From NCBI GenBank assembly GCA_041651535.1, contig JBAZIZ010000005.1, positions 26,188 through 90,187 on the forward strand: a stretch of DNA of 64,000 nt, in the 5' to 3' direction. Under the pieces are notes generated by a model. That model ran no database searches. It worked only from the letters and a program-made list of their open reading frames with translations, and was not told the DNA's origin. A program made the position numbers and the translations under genes. The stretch is from Patescibacteria group bacterium (GTDB taxonomy: Bacteria; Patescibacteriota; Patescibacteriia; Magasanikbacterales; UBA922). Below, piece after piece: positions 20,805 to 31,968 of the stretch. Position 1 is the stretch's first letter. Every line of letters begins with the position of its first letter.

Positions 20805-20964
20805 TTGACAAAATAGTTATTTTATGTTACATTAGATCATTAGTTCTTTACAAAAATCTCCAAAAAATTTATATACAAAACTTTCATTTAGATAAATAAA
20901 ATTATTTGTTTAAATGAAGGTTTTGTGGATTTAATTATTTTTTTTGTTGGAGATTAAAATGAAA
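20805..20964 (+). promoter_or_regulatory. Promoter plus ~120-nt structured leader, copy 1
   Basis: TTGACA-17-TACATT; leader nearly identical to 32908-33032. Confidence 0.75.
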
Positions 20965-21419
20965 GAAATTAAAAAACATCTTTCCAAATTTGTATTGAGT
21001 TATTTATGGGCCACAGTAAGTGTGTGCCCTTTGACTTTGATGGTAGTGTATTCGGAACTTTTGTCAGTTACGAATTTAATCGGGTTCTTGTATTTTATTT
21101 TTTTATTTTTTTTGTTCCATTAATAATGGATTTGAAATTACGGGAAGATGATCTCGCTATGAAGTATTTAAAGTCATCATACTTTTGGTACTTATTCGGG
21201 ATGTGTCCAACTTTTTATTTGGGAAATTGGCTCGTAATTTCCATTAATAGAAGGATAACAGAAGAAATTTTCTTTTCTTCTTTCCTATTCGTATTATTTT
21301 TTTTGGTCAGTAAAGTTCCTTTTTATTTAAAAATTTTTGAAATAAAGCAGGGGGAGTTTACTATCGTAAAATACGATAGCATGGGTAATCCGATGATTAC
21401 CCAAAGGACTAAACTTTGA
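20959..21419 (+). pseudogene. Orphan membrane protein apparently frameshifted at a T8 tract
   Basis: SD-preceded ATG 20959 gives 54 aa stopping at 21121-23; one extra T in 21106-21113 joins it to the frame ending at 21419. Confidence 0.55.
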
Positions 21420-21435
21420 TATGTTATCTTTTTTT

Positions 21436-21461
21436 GAGCCGGCTCACGTCGGCTCTTTTTT
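21436..21461 (+). terminator. Terminator of the orphan cassette
   Basis: GAGCCGGC/GTCGGCTC plus T-run. Confidence 0.75.
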
Positions 21462-21664
21462 ATTTAAAAATTTTTTAAAAACAAAAAACTCCCTTATAAG
21501 GAGTTTAATTTTTTATAAACAGAATTCTAAAATCTAGCTATGTCTGTCGACAGGCAGGAATCAAAAATCTTAAATAAAAAAATAACCTTGTTCAGGTTAT
21601 TTTTTACTTTTTCCTTTTAAAATTAGACTTTTAACTAATAAAAAAAACTCCTTAGGCGTTTTTT

Positions 21665-23191
21665 TTATTTTGCGTATTCTATAACTCTAGTTTCACGAAT
21701 AACATTTACTTTAATTTCACCAGGATATTGTAATTCATTTTCAATTTTTCTAGCAATATCTTTAGCTAAATTATATGCTTCGTAATCATCAACTTCTTCT
21801 GGTTTGACAAAAATTCTAACTTCACGACCTGCTTGAATTGCATAAACTTTGTCAATTCCTGGAAAATCTTTTGCAGTTGCTTCTAATTCTTCTAATCTAG
21901 TAACATATTGTTCATAAGTATCACGTCTAGCTCCAACTCGAGAACTAGAAATCGCATCAGCTGCTTTTACTATTTGAGTAATAAGTGATTCAGGTTTATC
22001 TTCGTGGTGTTCTAAAGCTGCTTTTACTATTTCTTCTGCTAAACCATATTTTTTTAAAATTGTAGCTCCGATTTCAGGATGAGAACCTTGAGTTTCTTGG
22101 TCTACTGATTTTCCAATATCATGGAAAAAACCAGCTTTTTTTGCCAAGTTTGGATCTATTCCTAACTCTTCGGCCATAAGTGCTGATAATTGAGCAACTT
22201 CAATTGAATGATTTAAAATATTTTGGCCATAGCTAGTTCGATATTTTAATCTACCAACAATAGAAACCAATTTTGGATCAATACCAGCAATACCAAGTTT
22301 ATATAAAGATTCTTCGCCAGCTTGTTTTATATCAACAGCTAATTCTTTTTTTGCTTCTTCAATAAATTCTTCTATTCTAGCTGGTTGGATTCTACCATCT
22401 TTAATCAATTTTTCTAAAGCAATTTGAACTACACGACGACGAATAGGGGAAAAACCTGAAATTAAAATAATGTCTGGTGTATCATCAATGATAAGTTCAC
22501 ATCCAGTCATTTTTTCTATAGTTTTTATATTGCGTCCATCTTTACCAATAATTCTACCTTTCATTTCGTCATTTGGTAAACTCACTGCAGTTGAAGTAGT
22601 TTCGCTAGAATGGTCAGCTGCGCATCTTTGGATTGAGTTTAAAATAATTTCTTTAGCCTTTTGTTCGTATTTTTCACTGTGGCTTTTTTCAATTTTTTGA
22701 ATGCGACCATAAAGTTCCTCAGCTGATTCTTCTTCAACAACTTTGATAATTTCATCTTTTGCTTCTGCTTTTGAATAACCTGAAACTGATTCTAATTTTT
22801 TTTCGGTTTGAATTTTTAAATCATCAATCTTGGCTTTGATGGCATGAATTTCATCAGCTTTTTTTTGTAAAGCGGTTTTTCTTTCTTCAATCTCCATTAA
22901 TTTTTGATCAAACATAGCTTCTCTTTTTTCCAAACGAGATTGTGTATTTTGAATTTCATGTCGTCTTTCGTTTTCTTCTTTTTTTGCTTGGTCTATGATT
23001 TTTATAGCTTGTTCTTTAGCTTGTAAAAGCAATTCTTTTTCTTTGTTTTTTGCTTCCACAATCATTTTTTCGGCTTTTGCTTCAACCGAATTGGCTTTAG
23101 CTTGACCGACTTGTTTACGAATAAAATATCCCAGTCCTATGCCTAATCCAAGTCCGGCTAAGGCTGAAAATAATATAAATAATTCTGACAT
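21665..23191 (-). CDS. rny: Ribonuclease Y
   Basis: N-terminal TM, coiled coil, KH domain MKGRIIGKDGRNI, HD domain HSIEVA..HDIGK. Confidence 0.96.
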   Translation of the reverse strand: MSELFILFSALAGLGLGIGLGYFIRKQVGQAKANSVEAKAEKMIVEAKNKEKELLLQAKEQAIKIIDQAKKEENERRHEIQNTQSRLEKREAMFDQKLMEIEERKTALQKKADEIHAIKAKIDDLKIQTEKKLESVSGYSKAEAKDEIIKVVEEESAEELYGRIQKIEKSHSEKYEQKAKEIILNSIQRCAADHSSETTSTAVSLPNDEMKGRIIGKDGRNIKTIEKMTGCELIIDDTPDIILISGFSPIRRRVVQIALEKLIKDGRIQPARIEEFIEEAKKELAVDIKQAGEESLYKLGIAGIDPKLVSIVGRLKYRTSYGQNILNHSIEVAQLSALMAEELGIDPNLAKKAGFFHDIGKSVDQETQGSHPEIGATILKKYGLAEEIVKAALEHHEDKPESLITQIVKAADAISSSRVGARRDTYEQYVTRLEELEATAKDFPGIDKVYAIQAGREVRIFVKPEEVDDYEAYNLAKDIARKIENELQYPGEIKVNVIRETRVIEYAK

Positions 23192-23543
23192 ATAAATAAA
23201 AAAACTCATAACTATCAAAGTTTGAGTCTAAGTTATCAAAAAATAATTAGTAAAAATTTTCCCTATTTTAAAAAACAAAAAAGTAAGCTTAACTCAGCTC
23301 TATCTTTGTTTTTTTGTCTAAAATAAGGGATTTTTTCATAAAAATAAGATTTTTTACTATTTATTTTATTTCATTCTTAAACTAACTTTACTGATAGTAT
23401 TTTTAATTAAATCTAAAAACATCTTATCAAAAAAAATGTTTTTTGTCAATTATGCCATTTTTTAGCCATTTTTTAATTATGTTTTTTTACTTTTTATTGT
23501 TTTTATTTTATAATATGTTAATTACTTTAAAATAAAAATATAT

Positions 23544-25364
23544 ATGAAAAATAAAGAACTAAAAAATATTGCTAAACTTTTGCGATATTATATTTTATCT
23601 TCTACAACTGTAGCTGGTTCTGGACACCCAACTTCATCTTTGTCAGCTGTAGAAATTATGACAGCTTTGTTTTTTAATGGTTTTTTTAAAACTGATTTAA
23701 ATGATCCAAGTAATAAAAATAATGATCGACTAGTTTTTTCCAAAGGACATGCTGCACCTTTACTTTATTCTTTGTATACAGTTTTGGGAGTTTTATCCGA
23801 AAAAGAACTTTTAACTTTACGAAAATTTGATTCAAAATTAGAAGGTCATCCTACAATGAATTTTAAATATACAGAAGCAGCTACTGGATCTCTTGGCCAA
23901 GGATTATCAATCGGAGTCGGCACAGCTTTAAATGCAAAAATTGATAGTTTAAATTATAAAACTTATGTTTTATTAGGAGACAGCGAAATTGCGGAAGGTT
24001 CAGTTTGGGAAGCTGTCCAATTAGCTAGTTATTATAAATTGAATAATTTGGTTGCTATAATAGATATCAATAGTTTAGGACAAAGAGGCAAAACAATGTT
24101 AGCTTATGATTTAAAAACTTACAAAAAAAGATTCAAAAGTTTTGGTTGGAAAACTTTTATTGTTGATGGTAAAAATATTTGTCAATTAAAAAAAGTTTTT
24201 GCGCGTGCCACTAAAGAAAAGAATAAACCAGTTTGTATTTTAGCTAAAACTAAAAAAGGACAGGGAATTAGTTTTTTGGAAAATAAAGAAAATTGGCATG
24301 GAAAAACTTTAAATGAAAATGAACTTAAATCAGCTTTAAAAGAACTTGGGGTTATAAATAAAAATATAAAATATACAATAAAAAATCCAGATTTTTTTTC
24401 TCCAGCCAAAAAAGAAAAAAAACGTTTTGATTTAAAAATATATAAAATCGGAGAAAAAATTTCACCACGACAAGCCTATGGTTATGAATTGATAAATTTG
24501 TTTCAAGCTCACCCAGATTTTTTGGTTTTAGATGCTGAAACAGGTAATTCAACTTGTGCAAAAGTTTTTGCTGAAGCTTACCCACAAAATTTTTTTGAAA
24601 TGTTTATAGCTGAACAAAATATGGTCGGCACTGCTTTAGGTCTGTCTAGTCGTGGCAAAAAAGTTTTTGCTTCTACTTTTTCTGCTTTTTTAACTAGAGC
24701 TTTTGACCAAATTCGAATGGCGGCCTACTCCAAAGCAAATATCAGTTTTGTTGGTTCACACGCTGGAGTTTCAATTGGTCCTGATGGTGTTTCTCAAATG
24801 GGATTAGAAGATATTGCTATGTTTAGAACAATTTTTAATTCAGTAATTTTTTATCCAGCCGACGCTGTCAGTTTGGGAAAAATTTTGAAATTGATGATTG
24901 ATTATTCAAATATTTCTTATTTACGCACAACCAGACAAGATTTACCTGTAATTTATGATTATGATGAAGAATTCAAAATTGGTGGTTCAAAAATTTTGCG
25001 TTCAAATAAAAAAGATACTGTGTCTTTAGTTGGTGCTGGAATAACTTTGCATGAGTGTCTTAAAGCTTATGAAATTTTAAAAGAAAAGAAAATTTATGCT
25101 AGAGTAATTGATTTGTATTCAATAAAACCGTTAGATATAGAAACTTTAAAAACAGCTTTAAAAGAAACAAAAAAAATAATTGTAGTTGAAGATCATTATA
25201 AACAAGGTGGAATTTATGAAGCGATTTGTACAGAACTTGCAAATGAAAAAGGGGAGATAATAAGTTTAGCTGTAAATAAAATGCCACATTCTGGAACGTC
25301 GGAAGAATTATTGAATTATGAAGAGATAAATGCAGAGAATATTGTTGATAAAGTAAAAAGTTAA
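23544..25364 (+). CDS. tkt: Transketolase (single chain)
   Basis: SGHPTS, SKGHAAP, TGSLGQG, GDSE..EG TPP motif, IAEQNM, HAGVSIGPDG. Confidence 0.93.
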   Translation: MKNKELKNIAKLLRYYILSSTTVAGSGHPTSSLSAVEIMTALFFNGFFKTDLNDPSNKNNDRLVFSKGHAAPLLYSLYTVLGVLSEKELLTLRKFDSKLEGHPTMNFKYTEAATGSLGQGLSIGVGTALNAKIDSLNYKTYVLLGDSEIAEGSVWEAVQLASYYKLNNLVAIIDINSLGQRGKTMLAYDLKTYKKRFKSFGWKTFIVDGKNICQLKKVFARATKEKNKPVCILAKTKKGQGISFLENKENWHGKTLNENELKSALKELGVINKNIKYTIKNPDFFSPAKKEKKRFDLKIYKIGEKISPRQAYGYELINLFQAHPDFLVLDAETGNSTCAKVFAEAYPQNFFEMFIAEQNMVGTALGLSSRGKKVFASTFSAFLTRAFDQIRMAAYSKANISFVGSHAGVSIGPDGVSQMGLEDIAMFRTIFNSVIFYPADAVSLGKILKLMIDYSNISYLRTTRQDLPVIYDYDEEFKIGGSKILRSNKKDTVSLVGAGITLHECLKAYEILKEKKIYARVIDLYSIKPLDIETLKTALKETKKIIVVEDHYKQGGIYEAICTELANEKGEIISLAVNKMPHSGTSEELLNYEEINAENIVDKVKS

Positions 25365-25371
25365 AAGTAAA

Positions 25372-25391
25372 CCTGCCTGCCGGCAGGCAGG
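25372..25391. repeat. 20-bp perfect palindrome CCTGCCTGCCGGCAGGCAGG
   Basis: Read directly; degenerate relatives at 21541-21558 and 33648-33667. Confidence 0.85.
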
Positions 25392-25471
25392 AAGTCAAAA
25401 GATTTCGTTAAATAAGACAGTCTGAGATATGGCTGTTTTTATTTAAGATTTATGATTTTAGATTTAAGAGT

Positions 25472-26021
25472 TAAAACAAATTTTAAACAATGAATAAACA
25501 CTGGGAAATTTAACAAATTAAAATAAACAAAACTTACTCTTTTGTCATTTCGTAGCGAAGCGGAGAAATCCCTTAGACTTCTTAAAACATTATATTTTGT
25601 TTTAAAGAAAAATTAGTGGCAACTCACTGTTTAAGGGATGTTTCACCCTCACTTCGTTCGGTTCAACATGACAAAAGTGGTTGTGAATTTGTTTTTTAGC
25701 TAGGATATTTGTTTATGATTGGTTTATTTTATAAAACAAATTTTAAACAATGAATAAACACTGGGAAATTTAACAAATTAAAATAAACAAAACTTACCCT
25801 TTTGTCATTTCGTAGCGAAGCGGAGAAATCCCTTAGACTTCTTAAAACATTATATTTTGTTTTAAAGAAAAATTAGTGGCAACTCACTGTTTAAGGGATG
25901 TTTCACCCTCACTTCGTTCGGTTCAACATGACAAAAGTGGTTGTGAATTTGTTTTTTAGCTAGGATATTTGTTTATGATTGGTTTATTTTATAAAACAAA
26001 TTTTAAACAATGAATAAACAC
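25472..26021. repeat. 260-bp tandem duplication (2 copies plus 30 bp), each unit holding a 139-bp GTCAT...ATGAC element
   Basis: 25472-25731 vs 25732-25991 differ at one base that I could see; elements at 25539-25677 and 25799-25937. Confidence 0.9.
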
Positions 26022-26121
26022 AAAAAGAATAGTAAATTAAAGTAGATAAAATTTATTTTTTCCTTTTTAATTTTTATTTTTGAATTTGTAAAGTTATCCA
26101 CTTTTTTTATTTTTGAATTAT

Positions 26122-26175
26122 TTGACACTTTTTTCTGTTCATGTTATATTATCACTCGTAAGTATAGAGTGATAA
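26122..26175 (+). promoter_or_regulatory. Sigma70 promoter and variant CIRCE operator
   Basis: TTGACA-17-TATATT; TTATCACTC-N9-GAGTGATAA (26149-26175) directly before hrcA. Confidence 0.85.
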
Positions 26176-26180
26176 AACAT

Positions 26181-26858
26181 ATGAATAATCGTCAAGATAA
26201 AATTTTACAGTTTATCATAGAAAATTATATTAAAGATGCTGAACCAGTTGGTTCAAAATTTTTGATATCTAATTTTGATTTGGAAATAGGTGAAGCCACT
26301 GCTAGAAATGAAATGCGTTCTTTGGAAGAACAAGGTTTTTTGTCGCATCCACACACTTCATCAGGTAGAATTCCAACTGAAACTGGTTATAAATATTATA
26401 TAAACAATTTAATGAAACCAAAGAAAATTTCCACTCGTGATAGTGAAGATATAATAAAAATTTTAGCAGAAAAAGATGAAGAAAATAGATTAAAACTTTT
26501 AGGCAAAATTTTAGCAGAAAAAACTGGTTTGGCTGTGATAGTTAATATCAAAAAAGATTTTATTTATTATACTGGACTTTCTAATTTATTTTCTCAGCCA
26601 GAATTTAGAGATTATAATTTAACGATTAATGTTTCAGGAATTTTTGATCGTTGTGAACATCGAATTTGTGATTTGAATAATAAAATGAAGACCAAAGAAA
26701 TCCAATGTTTTCTAGGAAAAGAAAATCCTTTGGATGCTACTTGTTCACTTTTTGGTTTAAAAATTTCTGACCATAAAATAATCACTGTTTTAAGTCCACT
26801 GCGTACTGATTATAAAAAAGTATTTTCTTATTTCAATTATTTAAAAGAATTATTTTAA
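26181..26858 (+). CDS. hrcA: Heat-inducible transcription repressor HrcA (short form)
   Basis: AEPVGSK, ATARNEM, HPHTSSGRIPTETGY; first gene of the dnaK operon. Confidence 0.92.
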   Translation: MNNRQDKILQFIIENYIKDAEPVGSKFLISNFDLEIGEATARNEMRSLEEQGFLSHPHTSSGRIPTETGYKYYINNLMKPKKISTRDSEDIIKILAEKDEENRLKLLGKILAEKTGLAVIVNIKKDFIYYTGLSNLFSQPEFRDYNLTINVSGIFDRCEHRICDLNNKMKTKEIQCFLGKENPLDATCSLFGLKISDHKIITVLSPLRTDYKKVFSYFNYLKELF

Positions 26859-26864
26859 TTTTAT

Positions 26865-27377
26865 ATGACAGAAGAACAAATAAAACCAAAAACAAAAATA
26901 CGGCAAATAAAAATTTCAGAAACCGAATTGGATAAATTAAAAAATGAAACAGCTGAATATAAAAGTGGCTGGCAAAGAGCTCGAGCAGACTATGAAAATC
27001 TTTTAAGAGAAACTGAAATAAAAAGAAAAGAATATTTAGATTGGAGTCGAGCACAAATTTTGGAAGAATTTATTCCAATATATGATAATTTTAAAAAAGC
27101 TTTTAGTGTAGAATTTGGGGAAATCGATCAAAAAACAGAAAATTGGAAAAAAGGAATAGAATATATTATGAAGCAGTTTCGTTCAGTCTTAGCTAATAAT
27201 AATATTGAAGAAATAAAAACTGTGGGAGAAAAATTTGATGCTAATTTGCATGAAGCAGTTTCAGAAGAAGAAGGACAAAATGGTGAAGAGAGTGGAATAA
27301 TTTTAAAAGAAATTGAAGCTGGGTATCTCATGAATGGAAAAATTATAAAAGTAGCCAAAGTAATAACATCTAAATAA
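26865..27377 (+). CDS. grpE: Nucleotide exchange factor GrpE
   Basis: RARADYEN, FDANLHEAV, GYLMNGKIIKVAKV. Confidence 0.93.
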   Translation: MTEEQIKPKTKIRQIKISETELDKLKNETAEYKSGWQRARADYENLLRETEIKRKEYLDWSRAQILEEFIPIYDNFKKAFSVEFGEIDQKTENWKKGIEYIMKQFRSVLANNNIEEIKTVGEKFDANLHEAVSEEEGQNGEESGIILKEIEAGYLMNGKIIKVAKVITSK

Positions 27378-27401
27378 AAATAAATTTTAATTTTAAAATA
27401 T

Positions 27402-27830
27402 ATGTCAATTATAAAATATAATAATGCGCCTAATCCTTTTCAAGAAATGGAAGAATTAATGAAAGATTTTCCATTAATGAAAGAAAATCATTTATTAAAA
27501 TCTTTTGTCCCAGCAATGGATATCTACGAAACAGAAAAAGATGTAATAGTAGAAGCTCCTTTGGCAGGTGTAAAAATTGAAGATATTGAAGTAAGTATTG
27601 AAAAAGGAATTTTATCAATTCAAGGACAAAATAAAAAAGAACATGAAATTGATGAAAAAAATTATTATCGTAAAGAAATTAGAAGTGGATCATTTTTTAG
27701 ACAAATTACTTTGCCAACTCCAGTTGTTGAAGAAAAAATTAATGCTGAATTTGAAAATGGAATTTTAAAAATCACTTGTCCAAAAAAAGAAAAAACTACT
27801 GCTAAAAAAATAAGCATTAAAATAAAGTAA
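27402..27830 (+). CDS. Hsp20/alpha-crystallin small heat shock protein
   Basis: PAMDIYET, EIRSGSFFRQITLP, AEFENGILKI. Confidence 0.93.
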   Translation: MSIIKYNNAPNPFQEMEELMKDFPLMKENHLLKSFVPAMDIYETEKDVIVEAPLAGVKIEDIEVSIEKGILSIQGQNKKEHEIDEKNYYRKEIRSGSFFRQITLPTPVVEEKINAEFENGILKITCPKKEKTTAKKISIKIK

Positions 27831-28040
27831 AAAGCAAAAAGGAAAAAGTCAAAAATTTTCAATAAGAATGGATAAAATATAAAATTTGTTTATCTAAAAA
27901 AACAAAGTTTATATAAAAAACTTTCTTTAAAAAATGACTTTAGACTTTTGACTTTTGACTTATAACATTTAAATCAAAATAAACACAGCAAATTACAAAA
28001 ATTTACTAAAAAAATTTAATCATTAATTAATATAAAAATT

Positions 28041-29954
28041 ATGTCAAAAATATTAGGTATAGATCTTGGAACTACAAACAGTTGTATGGCAATTGTTGAA
28101 GGTGGCCAAGTAAAAGTTTTGGAAAATAAAGAAGGAAACAGAACAACTCCTTCAATGATTGCTAATACAAAAATTGGCGAAATTTTAGTTGGTCAATTAG
28201 CAAAAAGACAAGCAATTACCAATCCAAAAAATACTCTTTATTCAATAAAAAGATTGATCGGTAGAAGACCAAATGATCAAGAAGTTGCTGAAATGAAAAA
28301 ACATTCTCCTTTTGAAATCGTAGCTGAAGGCGAAAAAATAAAAGTAAAAATGGGAGAAAAAACTTATAGCCCACAAGAAATTTCTGCAATGATACTTAGA
28401 AAATTAAAAGAAGATGCAGAAGCTAAATTGGGTGAAAAAATAACTGAAGCTGTGATTACAGTTCCAGCATATTTTGATGATTCTCAAAGACAAGCTACTA
28501 AAGATGCTGGACAAATTGCAGGTTTAGAAGTAAAACGTATTATTAACGAACCAACAGCAGCAGCTTTTGCTTATGGTTTTGACAAGAAAAAAGATCAACA
28601 AATAGCAGTTTATGATTTAGGTGGTGGTACTTTTGATATTTCTATTTTGGAAATTACTCATGATAACGAAGAAAATAATTCTACAGTTGAAGTAAAATCT
28701 ACTAATGGTAATACTTATCTTGGTGGTGATGATTTTGATCAAAAAATTATTGAATGGATTTTAGCAGAATTTAAAAAACAAGAAGGAACTGACTTGGGGA
28801 CAGATCCTTTAGCTTTGCAAAGAGTAAAAGATGCAGCTGAAAAAGCAAAAATTGAACTTTCAAGTACTCCAGAAACAGAAATCAATGAACCGTTTATCAC
28901 TGCTGGAGCTGAAGGTCCAAAACATTTAAATTTAAAATTAAATCGCGCTAAATTAGAAGAATTAGTTGGTGATTTAGTAGAAAAAACTTTGATTCCAGTT
29001 CAAAAAGCTTTAGATGATGCTGGATTTAAAAAAGAAGATATTGATGAAGTAGTTTTGGTTGGTGGTATGACTCGTATGCCTTTAGTTCAAAAGAAAGTTG
29101 AAGAATTTTTTGGTAAAAAACCAAATTCAAGTGTTAACCCAGACGAAGTTGTGGCTGCTGGTGCAGCTATCCAAGCTGGACAACTTCAAGGTGATCTTGG
29201 AAAAGATATATTACTTTTGGATGTAACACCACTTTCACTTGGACTTGAAACTTTAGGCGGTGTATCGACTAAAATTATTGAACGAAATACTACAATTCCA
29301 ACCAGTAAATCACAAGTATTTTCTACAGCAGCTGATAATCAACCAGGAGTAGAAATTCATGTTTTACAAGGTGAAAGAGAAATGGCTGCTGATAATAAAT
29401 CTTTAGGAAGATTTATGCTTGAAGGAATTCCACCAGCACCACGTGGTGTTCCACAAGTTGAAGTTACTTTTGATATTGATGCAAATGGTATTTTAAATGT
29501 TAAAGCTGTTGATAAAGCTACTAATAAAGCACAATCAATTAGAATAGAAGCTTCTTCTGGATTAAGTAAAGAAGAAATTGAAAAAATGAAAAAAGATGCT
29601 GAAGCTAATGCCGAAGTTGATAAAAAGAAAAGAGAATTGATTGATATAAAAAATACAGCTGAAACTCTTGCGTACACTTCAGAAAAAATGTTAAAAGAAG
29701 TAGAAGAAAAGAAAATTGAAATTACTGCTGATGAAAAGAAAAAAGTTGAAGATGGAATAAAAAATTTAAAAGAAATTTTAAAAGGAGATGATCTTGAAGC
29801 TATAAAAAAAGCTAGTGAAGAACTTTCTCGTGATGCCCAAGTTGTTGGCCAAAAAATGTATAAAACTAATTCTGATAATAAAACAGCAGAATCACAAGCT
29901 GAAGATAACAAAAAAAATGATGGTGAATCAGTTGAAGGAGAAGTTGTAAAATAA
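28041..29954 (+). CDS. dnaK: Chaperone DnaK
   Basis: [31 protein letters not shown]. Confidence 0.99.
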   Translation: MSKILGIDLGTTNSCMAIVEGGQVKVLENKEGNRTTPSMIANTKIGEILVGQLAKRQAITNPKNTLYSIKRLIGRRPNDQEVAEMKKHSPFEIVAEGEKIKVKMGEKTYSPQEISAMILRKLKEDAEAKLGEKITEAVITVPAYFDDSQRQATKDAGQIAGLEVKRIINEPTAAAFAYGFDKKKDQQIAVYDLGGGTFDISILEITHDNEENNSTVEVKSTNGNTYLGGDDFDQKIIEWILAEFKKQEGTDLGTDPLALQRVKDAAEKAKIELSSTPETEINEPFITAGAEGPKHLNLKLNRAKLEELVGDLVEKTLIPVQKALDDAGFKKEDIDEVVLVGGMTRMPLVQKKVEEFFGKKPNSSVNPDEVVAAGAAIQAGQLQGDLGKDILLLDVTPLSLGLETLGGVSTKIIERNTTIPTSKSQVFSTAADNQPGVEIHVLQGEREMAADNKSLGRFMLEGIPPAPRGVPQVEVTFDIDANGILNVKAVDKATNKAQSIRIEASSGLSKEEIEKMKKDAEANAEVDKKKRELIDIKNTAETLAYTSEKMLKEVEEKKIEITADEKKKVEDGIKNLKEILKGDDLEAIKKASEELSRDAQVVGQKMYKTNSDNKTAESQAEDNKKNDGESVEGEVVK

Positions 29955-30051
29955 AAATTATTTCAATAAAGTTAAGGATAAGTTTTTTTAGACTTGTCCT
30001 TAATCATTATTAAAATATTCTTGCTTAATTAGCAGGTTAAAATAAAAAAAT

Positions 30052-30366
30052 ATGGAAGAGAAATCCTCTCCAAATATCTTGGAAAATAATAATAAAATTC
30101 AAATAAAAGCTAAAGATGAAATATTACATGGTAATTATGCAAATGCACTTCAAATTCAATATTCGCAAGAAGAATTTATTTTGGATTTTTTAACAATGTT
30201 TTCTCCAATGGCAAATCTAAATAACAGAATTATAACTTGTCCAATGCATTATAAAAAAATGATTAAAGCAATGGAAGAAAGTTTAAAAAAATATGAAAAT
30301 AAATTTGGTGTAATAAAAAATTCTGGCAATGATGTAGAAACTATAAATGGTTTTCCAATAAAATAA
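30052..30366 (+). CDS. DUF3467-like small protein
   Basis: GNYAN..EEFILDF..YENKFGVI pattern. Confidence 0.7.
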   Translation: MEEKSSPNILENNNKIQIKAKDEILHGNYANALQIQYSQEEFILDFLTMFSPMANLNNRIITCPMHYKKMIKAMEESLKKYENKFGVIKNSGNDVETINGFPIK

Positions 30367-30374
30367 TTTAATTT

Positions 30375-31484
30375 ATGTCAAAAGATTATTATAAGATTTT
30401 AGGTGTAGAAAAAAATTCTTCGGAAGAAGAAATTAAAAAAGCTTTTCGTAAATTAGCTCATAAATATCATCCTGATAAACAAGGTGGCGATGAAAAAAAA
30501 TTTAAAGAGATAAATGAAGCTTATCAAGTTTTAGGTAATGCGGAAAAAAGAAAAAAATATGATCAGTTTGGAGCTGACTTTGATAAACAAGGCGGTTTTG
30601 GTGGTGGAATGAATTGGGAAGATTTTATGCGTAGTGCTCGTGGTGGAGCTGGTGGATTTGAAAATATGAATTTTGGTGGTGTAGATTTGGGTGATATTTT
30701 TGGTGATATTTTTTCAGGTTTTGGGGGAGGTTCTTCGACAAGAGGTCGCCGTCAAAAAATAGGAAATGATGTTCAAGTTGATATTGAAATTTCTTTTCGT
30801 GAAGCTATTTTTGGGGTTGAAAAAGAAATTAGACTTATGAAAAATAATCCTTGTGAAGTTTGTCATGGTACAGGGGCAGAACCAAATTCTAAAATGAAAA
30901 AATGTCCAACTTGTAATGGTCAAGGAAAAGTTCGACAAGTTAGCCAAAGTTTTTTTGGTGCTATAGAACAAATAGTAATTTGTAGTGCTTGTCATGGTAA
31001 AGGAGAAATTCCAGAAAAAATGTGTCATCATTGCGGTGGTGATGGTATGGTTCGCAGTGAATCAAAATATAAAATAAAAATTCCAGCTGGAATTAGTGAT
31101 GGCGAAGCAATTCGTTTAAAAGAAAAAGGAGAAAGTGCTGGTGTTGGCAGTTTAATTGGAGATTTGTATGTACGAATACATGTTGAAACGGAAAAAGGTT
31201 TTGAAAGAGTAGATGATGATATTTATACTGAAATAAAAATTTCTTATCCCCAAGCAGTTTTGGGAGACACAGTAGAAATCAATACTTTAGATGGAATTAA
31301 AAAATTAGTAATTCCTGCTGGAACAGTTTCACAACAAAAATTTAAGATTAAAGGACTTGGCTCTTTTCATCTTCATTCTAGTGGACGTGGTGATCAATAT
31401 GTAAAAGTGATTATTGATGTACCAAAAAAAGTTGATAGAAAAACAAAAAAATTATTAGAAGAGTTACAAGAAATTTTAAAATAA
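30375..31484 (+). CDS. dnaJ: Chaperone DnaJ
   Basis: J-domain HPD, G/F region, four CxxCxGxG repeats. Confidence 0.98.
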   Translation: MSKDYYKILGVEKNSSEEEIKKAFRKLAHKYHPDKQGGDEKKFKEINEAYQVLGNAEKRKKYDQFGADFDKQGGFGGGMNWEDFMRSARGGAGGFENMNFGGVDLGDIFGDIFSGFGGGSSTRGRRQKIGNDVQVDIEISFREAIFGVEKEIRLMKNNPCEVCHGTGAEPNSKMKKCPTCNGQGKVRQVSQSFFGAIEQIVICSACHGKGEIPEKMCHHCGGDGMVRSESKYKIKIPAGISDGEAIRLKEKGESAGVGSLIGDLYVRIHVETEKGFERVDDDIYTEIKISYPQAVLGDTVEINTLDGIKKLVIPAGTVSQQKFKIKGLGSFHLHSSGRGDQYVKVIIDVPKKVDRKTKKLLEELQEILK

Positions 31485-31488
31485 TTTT

Positions 31489-31851
31489 ATGTTTATCTTT
31501 GAAAATATAATTGAAGATAAAGGAAGTAAATATAGTGTTTCTGGTTTAGAAGTTAAAAGTGTTGAAGAAGTAAATGAATTTTTAAAAAAATTAAAACAAA
31601 ATAAGAAATATAGAAAAGCGACTCATAATACTTTTGCTTATAGAATTAAAAAAGATAATAAAATTATTGAAGTAAAAAATGATGACGGCGAAAGTGGAGC
31701 GGGGAATATTGTTTTAGAAATTTTAAGAAATAATAATGTAGAAAATTTAATTATTTGTGTGACTAGATGGTTTGGTGGTAAAAAACTTGGTGGTGATAGA
31801 TTTAGACATGTCAAAGATGCGACGATTTATTTTTTGGAGAAATATAAATAA
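31489..31851 (+). CDS. YigZ/IMPACT-family protein (N-terminal domain only)
   Basis: ATHNTFAY, DDGESGAG, VTRWFGGKKLGGDRF. Confidence 0.9.
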   Translation: MFIFENIIEDKGSKYSVSGLEVKSVEEVNEFLKKLKQNKKYRKATHNTFAYRIKKDNKIIEVKNDDGESGAGNIVLEILRNNNVENLIICVTRWFGGKKLGGDRFRHVKDATIYFLEKYK

Positions 31852-31968
31852 GTTGAAAGCTTAATGTCTAAAGTCTTTTACTAAAAAGCAATCTGAAATA
31901 TGATTGTTTTTTTAATTAGATAAACAAATTGAGGAAATATTTTTTTCTTTAAAACAAATCTCCGTTCA

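Noticed and set aside
25472-26021. Possible CRISPR array (three 30-bp repeats)
   Set aside because: The intervening 230-bp segments are near-identical and too long; no cas genes
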